From contig JAUCBJ010002950.1 in the NCBI GenBank assembly GCA_032718475.1, positions 1 to 32,365 on the forward strand: a DNA stretch of 32,365 nucleotides. The letters run 5' to 3'. Every line of letters starts with the position of its first letter. Positions within the stretch are counted from its first letter, which is position 1. The notes under the pieces are model-generated. The model searched no databases and was not told the origin of the DNA. It worked only from the letters and a program-made list of their open reading frames with translations. Shown here in pieces: positions 22,092 through 32,365 of this stretch. The position numbers were made by a program, and so were the translations under genes. Source of the DNA: Nemertoderma westbladi. Its lineage: Eukaryota > Animalia > Xenacoelomorpha.

Positions 22092-23062
22092 CTTCATCCA
22101 CGGTCTTCTAATCGTAACTTCACCTTATTAAAGTTACTAACAGGAGTGGGGCCTTCGTGTAGCAGAACTATGCAAGCCATCTCAGCGAACAATTAATAAT
22201 TATACTATGGCTAGTGTTATATTATTATATTGGCTTTGGGCTTCCGATCCGACACACACTCACACACCTACACGGACTCCGGACCCCGAAACCGCACCCG
22301 GACCCGGACCTGGACCCGGACCCTAACACCAAGTTGGAAAACGGCCATAACAGCTCGCTGATGGCTCGCAGTTCAGACTCGTCCCACAACGTAAATGGAT
22401 TGGGCTTGGGCGGGCGAATACACATGCGTTGTCAATATAATTAATACTGTACTGGGTGAGTATGGAATGGAATAGATAGCAAGTACTGTAGTGTTAGTGT
22501 ATCTGGTATTAGTAATCATCTCTCTGGTGAATTCGTTCTTATTTAATCCCAAGTAAATGATTGAATGAAGATGGGTTCTAGGGAACTAATTTTACATTTG
22601 CCAGCTTTCGTGACGCAAAGACAATGCCATGGGTATGCGTGAATGTCAATAAAGGGAGCATGGTCCTGGTTGCCCAAGGAGGGGTAAGGCAAACCAGCTA
22701 GCAGCTGGCTCTGTGAGGAGGCATTGTGGTGGTAGCCTAGGTAATAAGATTCCTTAGGCTGAGGTTTTACTTTATAGATCAAGCATAAGGAAATATGGCA
22801 TCATTACTTAAGTTTATTTATTCCTTCACCATTTTGGCTATGAAAGTACATGTATAATTCACAACTACATTTCATTGGCGCGTATAAAACCTTATAGCTT
22901 AGCCTTGTTTGTAAAGCAAAAGCATTTTAACAGTTGTACAAAAATTATTTAAAGTCAATGTATTATTATTCCGTAGTTCATAGTCAAAATTCTCCATACT
23001 CCAGGCATATACTATTTTTGTACAAGATGAATTTTAATTTTTTTTTTATTTCCCCTTATTTA

Positions 23063-24110
23063 GTGTTTTTTATAGCGCTTATTTCTATCTTATAACTTAA
23101 ACTCATGTACAGATACTAATTCGATTATTGCTTTGGTTAGATTCAGCCCCTTCTGTAGCCTTGGTCTTTAGTGTAAACCTGATCTCGCCTCTATGTGAAG
23201 AATACCAGGATTTCACTTTTCGGTCGACTTTTTAATGGAATTTTATATAATGAAGATTTTTTATTTTTTTTAATTTATCTTTATTAAGTGTTTTATAGCG
23301 CTTATTTCTGTCTTATAACCTTTACATATACTAATTCGTTTATTGTTTTGGTTAGATCCAGCCCTTTTTTTTAAGCTGTGTTAAACTGCAAAAAGAAATA
23401 TAACGGCAGAAAGTCTGGTATTCTTCACATGGGCCCCTGATCTTCTTCACGGTAAACTGCAAAGTAAATGTAACAGCAGAAAGTCTGGTATACTTCACAT
23501 AGCCTAAATAAGCACAGCACAGTACACTTTAAATATTATTAACAACGAGATTTATTTATAACATGGAATAAAAGGGGACCTTATTTTATTATCGTGTGGT
23601 ATTTTATTTACCGAACACTAGTTCGGTTAATAAAGTGTCCTGAGAGAATAATGATAAAGTACTATATTTACAATGTATTATGTAATTTTATTCTTAAATT
23701 GATACCTTTTGTTGCCTGAATTTGTATTTCAGTACTTCATTATTAATTAAAAATATATTGGAAAGAAATAATGTTTTCAAATAAATTTCACTGTAGTATT
23801 TGCAATGTTAATTTTATGTTACTGCAATTCGAATTATTGTACTCTAATAAATTCAAATCCTGCTGTTGCTTACAAGAAAGCGATCTCAGATAGAGATAAC
23901 AGGACGCCCATGTGAAGAATACCAGGTTTTCACATCTCAGTCGACTTTTTATTGGAATTTTATATATGCAGAATTTGTAGTAATTTCTCCATTAAGTGTT
24001 TTGAAGAGTTTTTCGTTATCATAACCTTGAACCTGTGCAGAAACTAAATTGGTTTAGACTTATCGTTTTGGTTAGATTCATCCCTTCTGTAACCTGGGTT
24101 TTTAGTGAAA
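23063..24110. repeat. Cluster of diverged repeats sharing ATGTGAAGAATACCAG and TTTGGTTAGATTCA blocks
   Basis: ATGTGAAGAATACCAG...GTCGACTTTTTA.TGGAATTTTATATA at ~23193 and ~23910. The motif is inverted at ~23415-23430 and ~23485-23500. ATAGCGCTTATTTCT...TTGGTTAGAT blocks at ~23072 and ~23295, partial at ~24068. Confidence 0.7.
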
Positions 24111-24369
24111 GTGTGTACGTACAGTTCTTGTACATCCTCGAAACCCGTAAAGAATTCGGAAGTGGCGAAACGACCTCTCTAAGGCACATAATGAGTCCCA
24201 CCGGCTTGCCACTCGGGCACATTAGGACAGCCAAGGATGCAGTTAAGGCTGCATCTAGGTCCTTTAATAGACATAGACAATACTCTGATAAATCTGAAGG
24301 AGTTTATTAATAAGAAATTTGATGCCATTAACCATAACTGATGATTTGTGTCATTGATCAAGAAAACTT

Positions 24370-24585
24370 ACCACCTCCATGCAGCTTGACATTTGTTGTA
24401 CGGAGCTGCCTCATCTTTGCAAGACATTGTTTCGCCGCCGTGAGGACCAGCCAGTGCATAATCTTGTGCTTTGGTGGCCTCATGGAGTGAATAAACATGG
24501 TACACAGCCCATGACATTCTTGAAGCGCCTCTTAAAGGACACTCGCCTTGAAGATGCGGTTCATCTAACAATTGTCATGGGTGAT
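24370..24585 (+). pseudogene. RTE-like LINE 3' remnant
   Basis: RREDQPVHNLVLWWPHG...PMTFLKRLLKDTRLEDAVHL; paralogous to the minus-strand remnant at 25065-25260. Confidence 0.7.
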
Positions 24586-25064
24586 ATGGCGGTTGATATG
24601 GGGAGTTATGGCGGCGCAATTTTGTCAACAAGCCGTCACAGCATTCTTAATATGTATATATTTAATATATATAATGCAGCTGCAATGTAGCATGCCGATA
24701 GTAGTAGTAGTATTAACAATTCCGATGATATCAAGCAATCAGACCAGGCATGACAATCAATTAACCTGCCCGCTGGGAGGAAACGCCAACCAACCACCAA
24801 TGTTAATGCTGAATCTACAGCTGAATGCCTCAATAATGGTTGGAAGGTCCACTTTGAGAAGCAATTACTAAACAATTGCACGCAAAGGGTATTGCCTGAT
24901 AACTTCAAGGTACATTGTGTGTCTGAATCTGTGCTCACTGATATCCACATTGCATTGATGGCATCTTTGCTGAAGTTAAGACTGCCGCAATGAGTACAGA
25001 CTGATGCACCATGCAATCCACAATTGGCATAAGAATGCTCTGCTGGCTTATCGACAAATTTACT

Positions 25065-25990
25065 CAACCAAAACTCCCTATCCTCAATGACTTTCGCGAG
25101 ATTATCCGCATCTTCGAGGCCAGGCCCCTTTAAGAGCCGTCTTAAGAAAGTCATTGGCTATAAATCTCCACCTTGCATATTTTCTCCATGAGGCTGCCAA
25201 AGCACAAGAATGTGCTCAATCTGGTCCTCATGGCGATAGCAATGTCCTGTGAAGCGTAGTCGTCTTTGTTGAAGTGCCAAGAATGGGGGTACCAATGAGA
25301 CACATCCAATGTTATATGGTGTCCGATTGCGATGTGTAGATTGTATTTGACACAGAGAACTCAATGTAGCATTATTGTGTATGTGCCATCCAGACTACCA
25401 GATATTTGATGTCCTCAGCAGTTGTCCTAGCATGGACTCCAATATAGGAGTGCTGGTTTTACTGCTGCTCTAAATAATCGAATCGTAAGTTTCCGACATT
25501 TGCCTATGTGACTTCCAAATACTGGACACCCCATTCAATGCTGCCCATGTCTTTCGAAGGCTCACCTGACTTCCGGATGCATGATCCCGGGAAACATAAA
25601 TCATCCACATACTGAACATCAGCTTCCTTAGAGCTTATGCTCATACAATAAGAGATTTCCTGAAAACTACTGTACTATCGAAGTTAACTGTTAAAATGTT
25701 GGTCTTCTTTGAGTTAACAAATAGACCAATACTTGATGCAGCCCGTACTAATGAGCTTAGGCGCCATCGGGCTCCCTCTAGTGATACTAATAGTTTTACT
25801 CTCACGATTCCTGGATGGAGCATGTCTTAGCAAAGTCTAAATCAGCTACAGTAGGTGCTTGGTTAGATATCCTTGGCATCTGGAGCCTGTATGTGGTGTT
25901 ACAATCACCCCATCTTCATTATGACTATCTATAAGGACATGCGTAGTTCATAGTCAACCGCAATTATGAATTATGAACCAGATTGGTGCA
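25065..25990 (-). pseudogene. RTE-like LINE remnant: RT motif 4 to C-terminus
   Basis: Fragments APIWFII/IAVDYELR, VADLDFA, AASSIGLFVNSKKT, IRLFRAAVKPALLY, QQRRLRFTGHCYRHED...LWQPHG, DREFW; many frameshifts. Confidence 0.8.
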
Positions 25991-26959
25991 AACCCAGATT
26001 TAATGCAACCCGACCTACACTATGGAATAGTAGACCCCCCCCCCCCCCCCCCCCCCCCCCTACTCTGTGGAGGGACATACCCGACTATTTTGAAACCACT
26101 ATGTATAAAAATCAATAATCTAAACTGAATATCCTTACACCACTATCCTTAGATCATTACGCATTATTTTAATTTTTAATATAATTTACATCGTAAATAG
26201 TATATAATACCTACATATTGTGTATAATATATCTTTTAGTTTTCTACAAAGTACACGTAACTCTAATTCAATTGTTTTTGCATAATTAGTTTTAGATATT
26301 TAGCATACTTATTTCATATTTACTATACTATGTACTATATACATATTGCATTACAATAAATACAATGACTTCAGCTTTATATACTAAAAGAAACCAACTG
26401 CTCCTGTCTATTCTGTAAATTTTCCGAAGTTAATGATTATTTTATCTGATTATGTCACTCACTAATCAAGGACAATATAATAAAACACCTCCATTGCAGA
26501 AACAACTCAACTATATCAACGGAGGAAGACTATCTGGTATGTCGAACAAATTATATCTAGAGAGACAAACTGGAAAGTATTTTAGCCAATAACGGAACAA
26601 TTTCGGTATCTGTAATAAAAGTTTTAAATGTGAATTTGCACACTAAAATTAAATACTGTATTTACATCAGTTTACATTAAATTTATCGTTTTCGGAGTTA
26701 TGGCCCGAATGTATTTATGTACCGCACCGTACCGTAAAGAGTGAGCGCAACGGGAAAGGTAAATAACATAATTTTAACAAAAGTCTTAAAATCCGAACTG
26801 TGCTTTTCAATAAACAATGATGTACGTATGTCATCTATTTTACTATCTTACATATGTCAACTAATCTGGTTCTGAACGTTTAATTAGACACTCTAATAAT
26901 AAACATTAACTAATAAAAGTAAATGAAAGCAGTTTGTGCTTGAGCGAGATACTGATGTT

Positions 26960-27792
26960 ACTTGTAAGATAAGACATTTTAGGGTAGCAGAAACTGAATA
27001 AACAAGAGCCAAAAAATATCAACGATCTTGAGAAAGCTAATGAAGATCTCAAAGTGGCTTGGAACATCAGCCAAGAGAAGTACATAGAGAGGACAAGATT
27101 GAAGAAATTAGAACTGCTCACATACAGCAACAATCAAGACTTACCTGGCAAACTGTAAATGAGATATCTGGTCGTAAAAGTTGTACTAAGGGGCGCCTCA
27201 AACCTGGAAAACGTGTTGGGAAATGGAAAGATCACTTCAGCAACTTGCTTGGGCAGCCACCAAACATCGAGGTCAGCCCTATAAAGAAAATATATGACAA
27301 GACGCTACCTATAGAAACAGGGGACTTCACCCCCACCGAACTCCATAAAAGCATTAAAACATTTCAAATCATAAACCGAGTCCATCTCTTTAAAGGAGAC
27401 CTCGGTGTAACAAACTATCGTGGGATCTGTCAGCTTGTGGTAGCTGCCAAAATATACAATAAAATTATAATTTAAATTAAATTAATATAGAATGAGGCCT
27501 TCACATAGAGTAACTGCTGCATAATAGCCAAAACGGATTTTGACCAAAAAGATCAATAATAGCTGAGATATTAGCGCTACCGAGTACTGTATGGTAGAAA
27601 TTCTTAAATCCAAGAGCCTTCCTATAGTAATCACCTTTCTTTGTGGACTTCAATAAAGTATTGGACTCCATATCCATAGAGGTAAAATGCTTGAATTCAT
27701 AAAAGCTTTATGGAATATTAAAAGTATTTGTCGCTGGCATTGGATTGTTATATTGTGATACAGAAGCTCAGATACTCTCGCCCGATGTTGAA
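26960..27792 (+). pseudogene. RTE-like LINE remnant: pre-RT region to RT motif 3
   Basis: WQTVNEISGRK, KWKDHFSNLLG, GDFTPTEL, KGDLGVTNYRGI, AAKIYNK, QNGF, VDF...DSI, LYCDTEAQILSPD. Confidence 0.82.
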
Positions 27793-28635
27793 AATATAAA
27801 TAAATAAAAATACTAAAAGATAATAATATTAGATTTCCAATAATTTTTATCCTAGAAGTGCTATAATATAGATTAGAGTGTTCAATTAATTCTCCGCAAA
27901 TAATGATGTGACAGGATATGACGGGCGAGTCAAAACTGGGAGCCATCAATGAACCGTTATAATTATACTATCTCAGTTTTCCAAATCTCTCTGTGTGTGT
28001 CAGTATGTCTGTCCGAAATCATAATATAGTCGTAAATAAGCATAACATGCAATAGTACTCTATGATTACTGTTCGATGAGATGCTTGCAGTATTCCTGTA
28101 AATTATAATGTAAATTTTCCTCATCTTGATATATAAAGTTTACATTACGTCATTACAGACTACTGAATATTATACACATAAAGCTCTAATTGTGCTATGA
28201 GGCAAACCAAATTTGAAAGGTGCTATATTTTGCAATATAGGTAACAACACTCTCATTGGAGGTCAAGATACTCATCTCCTACAGCCGCCACACCTGTATG
28301 AGAAGGCTGCGGGAGCCAGACGATACACGTCGCGATTATCTAGTATCCAACGAGGCGTAGTCGACTTGCGACTAGCGCACCGAGGCGATGCTGCACACGG
28401 AGTAGCACAGGACGAGACATTGGCGCGGCCGAGGTACAGTCTACCCCACAATCTCAGTGGTGTTACCCTTAAAGGGAACAACCTCATGGGACGGGAAAGG
28501 ACAATGAGTACAGTCTCCATGGTGAAGACGTGGCGGGGATCAGAAATGATAGACGAAAGTACATTGAGTCTTTATATTCAGGCTGAGAAGGAAACAAAGG
28601 AAGGCAATCAATGCTGCACCCTACCTGCCTGCATA

Positions 28636-29907
28636 ATGGGTATACAAGTAAGTTTCATTCCCAAACGATTGGGTATACAAGTAAGTTTAATTCCCAAACG
28701 ATTGGGTATACAAGTAAGTTTCATTCCCAAACGATTGGGTATACAGGTAAGTTTCCTTCCCAAACAAATGGGTATACAAGTAAGCTTCATTGCCAAACAA
28801 ATGGGTCTACAAGTAAGCCTCATTGCCAAAAGATTGGGTATACAAGTAAGTTTCTATCCCCAACGAATGGGTATACAAGTAAGCTTCATTGCAAAACGAA
28901 TGGGTATACAAGTAAGCTTCATTCCCAAACGATTGGGTATACAAGTAAGTTTCTTTCCCAAACGAATGGGTATACAAGTAAGTTTCATTCCCAAACGATT
29001 GGGTATACAGGTAAGTTTCCTTCCCAAACAAATGGGTATACAAGTAAGCTTCATTGCCAAACAAATGGGTCTACAAGTAAGCCTCATTGCCAAAAGATTG
29101 GGTATACAAGTAAGTTTCTATCCCCAACGAATGGGTATACAAGTAAGCTTCATTGCAAAACGAATGGGTATACAAGTAAGCTTCATTGCAAAACGAATGG
29201 GTATACAAGTAAGCTTCATTGCCAAACGATTGGGTTTACAAGTAAGTTTCATTCCCAAACGATTGGGTATACAAGTAAGTTTCTTTCCCAAACGATTGGG
29301 TATACAAGTAAGCTTCATTGCCAAACGATTGGGTATACAAGTAAGTTTCATTCCCAAACGATTGGGTATACAGGTAAGTTTCCTTCCCAAACAAATGGGT
29401 CTACAAGTAAGCTTCATTGCCAAACGATTGGGTATACAAGTAAGTTTCATTCCCAAACGATTGGGTATACAAGTAAGCTTCATTGCCAAACGATTGGGTA
29501 TACAAGTAAGTTTCATTCCCAAACGATTGGGTATACAAGTAAGCTTCATTGCCAAACGAATGGGTATACAAGTAAGCTTCATTGCAAAACGAATGGGTAT
29601 ACAAGTAAGCTTCATTGCCAAACGATTGGGTATACAAGTAAGTTTCATTCCCAAACGATTGGGTATACAGGTAAGTTTCCTTCCCAAACAAATGGGTATA
29701 CAAGTAAGCTTCATTGCCAAACGAATGGGTATACAAGTACGTTTCATTCCCAAACGAATGGGTATACAAGTAAGCTTCATTGCCAAACGAATGGGTCTAC
29801 AAGTAAGCCTCATTGCCAAAAGATTGGGTATACAAGTAAGTTTCTATCCCCAACGAATGGGTATACAAGTAAGCTTCATTGTCAAACGATTAGGTATGTA
29901 TACAAGT
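28636..29907. repeat. 33-bp minisatellite, about 38 copies (consensus ~ATGGGTATACAAGTAAG(C/T)TTCATT(G/C)CCAAACGA)
   Basis: Uninterrupted 33-bp period. The variant unit TTTCTATCCCCAACGA recurs at ~28851, ~29115 and ~29841. Confidence 0.97.
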
Positions 29908-30632
29908 CATCGAAACGAAATCGAAACTGAAAACTTTTTTTTTTTCAACGAGAATGTTTAGATGCAACTTTATAACTCATTTTCAAATAAAATACATCTC
30001 AAATATTTTTGAGTAGTAATGATTTTTCGGCGGATGATTGTAAGTTTAGCACCACATTTTTAAATCAATGGTTTGTGTCCTCTTCTTTCTAGCGTTATAC
30101 GGGCTTCTTAGGGGCCCGCGTCCAATGGAATAAATGAGAATGGCACTTGACTTTGCAAACTTCTATTTTTCAGCTGTGAGTGGAAAATTTGGTGCTTGGA
30201 CAAACATTGTACGTCAAAAATTCGACTACCAAAGAGTTTTCATAAATATTTGTAGATTTCAGAGCGGTGGAGGGTGAAAATGACTCCCACCAGTATTTTT
30301 ACAAAATGATAGCCCGGTATTAAAAGTTAAGGTATTGTATTCTACCCTTGAACGATTAGATTATTTGCATACCACTCCGACCTCCTCACATTAGATGTAA
30401 TGATTCTGGGCCCCTCAAACTATCTGTGGTATAACATCATGTTTGTAACTAATTCTATATTCTAGCTTATGTTTACAAAATAATTTATCACATGTCAATC
30501 ATTACAATCAATGACGGATAATTATTAAATTGATGTGGTATATGGTTGTGATATAGATAGATTTTGTTCGTCATCAACCAACAACCCAAATGCGCCTGAA
30601 TGATTATGGATTGTAGCTGAAAAAACCTATTA

Positions 30633-31100
30633 TTACAAGTAATCAAATGGTGTCATTTCAGAAGTTGAGAAGTAATCGAATTCTAAATTTAGTGGCCCCT
30701 TAGTGAGTGGCCCTTTCGTCGGAGGTCCTTTAGTGGGTCGTGTAGTTGTGCCCAATGTTGCTGGTCCAAGGGTTGGTGGGGTTAATGTTTCAACAACATG
30801 GAACGCATAGATTGAAGCTGTTATTGATTGAAAGATGATTACCGACGCCACGAGGACGAGGAACCACAACTTATCGGAACCAAGTGCACCACTTTTGAAC
30901 CACCATATCATAACTAATCCCACAATCCCACTGATAATCATATTCGTCGCCACCAGGTACATGTAGTTGTTGCCACTTCCTTTTATTAAGCAAAATATGA
31001 TTGACAGGCCGACCAGAGCAGCAGTTAGAGCCCCGTAGAGTTTGGAAGCAAAGAGAAGTTTGGGAGAGATCTCGTGATAAATTGGACCTGACACATCCAT
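30633..31100 (-). CDS. TMEM243-like: TMEM243 (DUF2678)-like three-TM membrane protein with Pro/Thr-rich C-terminal tail
   Basis: Intact 155-aa ORF in AT-rich Kozak-like context with three hydrophobic segments. PIYHEISPK...GALTAALV...IWWFKSGAL...ITASIYAFH resembles, from memory, TMEM243 PLFGETSAK...GSLTSLL...IYWYRQGDL...CANLYFH. Confidence 0.72.
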   Translation of the reverse strand: MDVSGPIYHEISPKLLFASKLYGALTAALVGLSIIFCLIKGSGNNYMYLVATNMIISGIVGLVMIWWFKSGALGSDKLWFLVLVASVIIFQSITASIYAFHVVETLTPPTLGPATLGTTTRPTKGPPTKGPLTKGPLNLEFDYFSTSEMTPFDYL

Positions 31101-31716
31101 AATAATAACAGCCTTAAATACTTTTTTTCAACTAAAGACTTAAATTCTATCTACACTAGAAAAGCATATGTTAAATGAAGTTTGAACAAGATAATTTTAT
31201 GTTTGTCAATTAAAGTTAAAAACATACTTTCAAATAACCATAATATTTATAGGCCTCTCCAGAATATTTCGCAAGCTATACTGGCTGGTTATGTGGTTAA
31301 GTTGCACAATGCATATTTTATTAAGATTTCTATATCTATATCTAACATTACATACATATTGAATTGCGTTAAAATGTAGGCTTGAAGTAGCAAATAAATG
31401 TTGTAAATGGAGGCTATTAGCAATAATTAGCAAACAATAATAATTATATACAGTATTTTTTTTTGTCTGTTTAATATTAGTTGACCGCAGTCAGCCGATC
31501 AGTAGGTTTAGCACTACACAGACGGGCGGCTTTCTCAACGGCTTGAGCCCGAAAATGACAATGGGATGATTTTCTAAAGGAAGAGTGAGCGTGGGTAATG
31601 CAATGAAATGAAACGTAGCAACAACCACTGGGAAGCAGCACTTGAAGTTTACCCCAATCTTTTTTCTGCTTCTTAACCTCCTGACATTTGTGTTTCAGTC
31701 CCGTTATCACATCTTA

Positions 31717-31729
31717 TGCCCCCTAGCGG
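31717..31729 (-). promoter_or_regulatory. CTCF-like core motif CCGCTAGGGGGCA
   Basis: Close match to the bilaterian CTCF core consensus, ~620 bp upstream of the TMEM243-like ATG. Motif match only. Confidence 0.3.
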
Positions 31730-32365
31730 TCTAGGCAGAAGTGAGATCGTCTTGTACCATTGCTCAGTCTGTTGGGTATTTCAATTAATATTCTTAGCTT
31801 CCTTAGTATAGAGGTATGTAGCCCAACCCGCCCCCCCCCCCCCCCCCCCATCCCCGCCCCGCTCACGTCGACAGAAAGATTTTATCTCGTATGGGACAAG
31901 CAGAACGCTATTGGGACAAGTTTGCAGTGCTGTTTCCCAATGGATAGTTGTTGCCATGTTTCTCGTTGCCCGTTCTCCTTCTCCCTTTCCGCTTCCACGC
32001 TATTGGGAACTGCGTGGGGCAAAACCAAAGGGTCACGGTTGCTTTTTAGTGTATGATACTGTTGACTACCGGTAAAGACTTTTTACATTTGTTTTACTTT
32101 ACAGTAATTATTAATTATTTGAATTGTTGCTCATTGAAGCCTGCTATATTTATTTATCTTTGATATTTTTCCCCATCTAATAAACGGCAATCCTGTGGAA
32201 TTGTCGTAAATACTTATTATTTTAGAAATATTATCTTATAATTACATTCAAGTAATCTTATGGACTTTTAAAAGACGTCGTTTGTTTGTATATCAACGGA
32301 AATACAAGATAATCATTGGTACTTTGGTCATTGTATTTATAATGGAAAGTCACACTATGCCAGGC

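Noticed and set aside
22280-22325. CCGGAC hexamer repeat encoding PDPDLDPDP
   Set aside because: Short microsatellite; surrounding ORFs lack credible starts or domains.
28270-28500. GC-richer patch resembling the 3' end of an LTR-element pol with a purine run
   Set aside because: No diagnostic motif could be recognised.
28213-29961. 582-aa and 439-aa ORFs as real genes
   Set aside because: Openness follows from a stop-free 33-bp unit read in several frames on both strands; the longer ORF starts at TTG and has no recognisable domain.

Overview
Repeat-dense, AT-rich eukaryotic (probably invertebrate) genomic DNA. The dominant feature is a complete 15.9-kb BEL/Pao LTR retrotransposon on the minus strand (2252-18192). 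It has ~1.25-kb LTRs that are ~99% identical, a perfect ATAGT target-site duplication, a disrupted gag-PR-RT-RH-IN polyprotein and a degenerate non-env ORF region in the 3' position. The element has no tRNA-type primer-binding site. Instead, the 11 nt directly after its 5' LTR are perfectly complementary to an 11-mer inside the LTR, the geometry of Tf1-type self-priming, which I do not know from BEL/Pao. It inserted into the 5' end of a truncated Penelope-like element (RT C-terminus plus GIY-YIG), between tandem and inverted minimal hammerhead ribozyme motifs (U3:A8 variant). The rest of the window holds a MITE, a Gypsy gag-protease relic, a non-autonomous hAT-like element carrying a 21/32-bp tandem array, three RTE-like LINE remnants, a 33-bp minisatellite and one likely host gene (TMEM243/DUF2678-like). 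All family calls are by eye from motifs; no searches were run.
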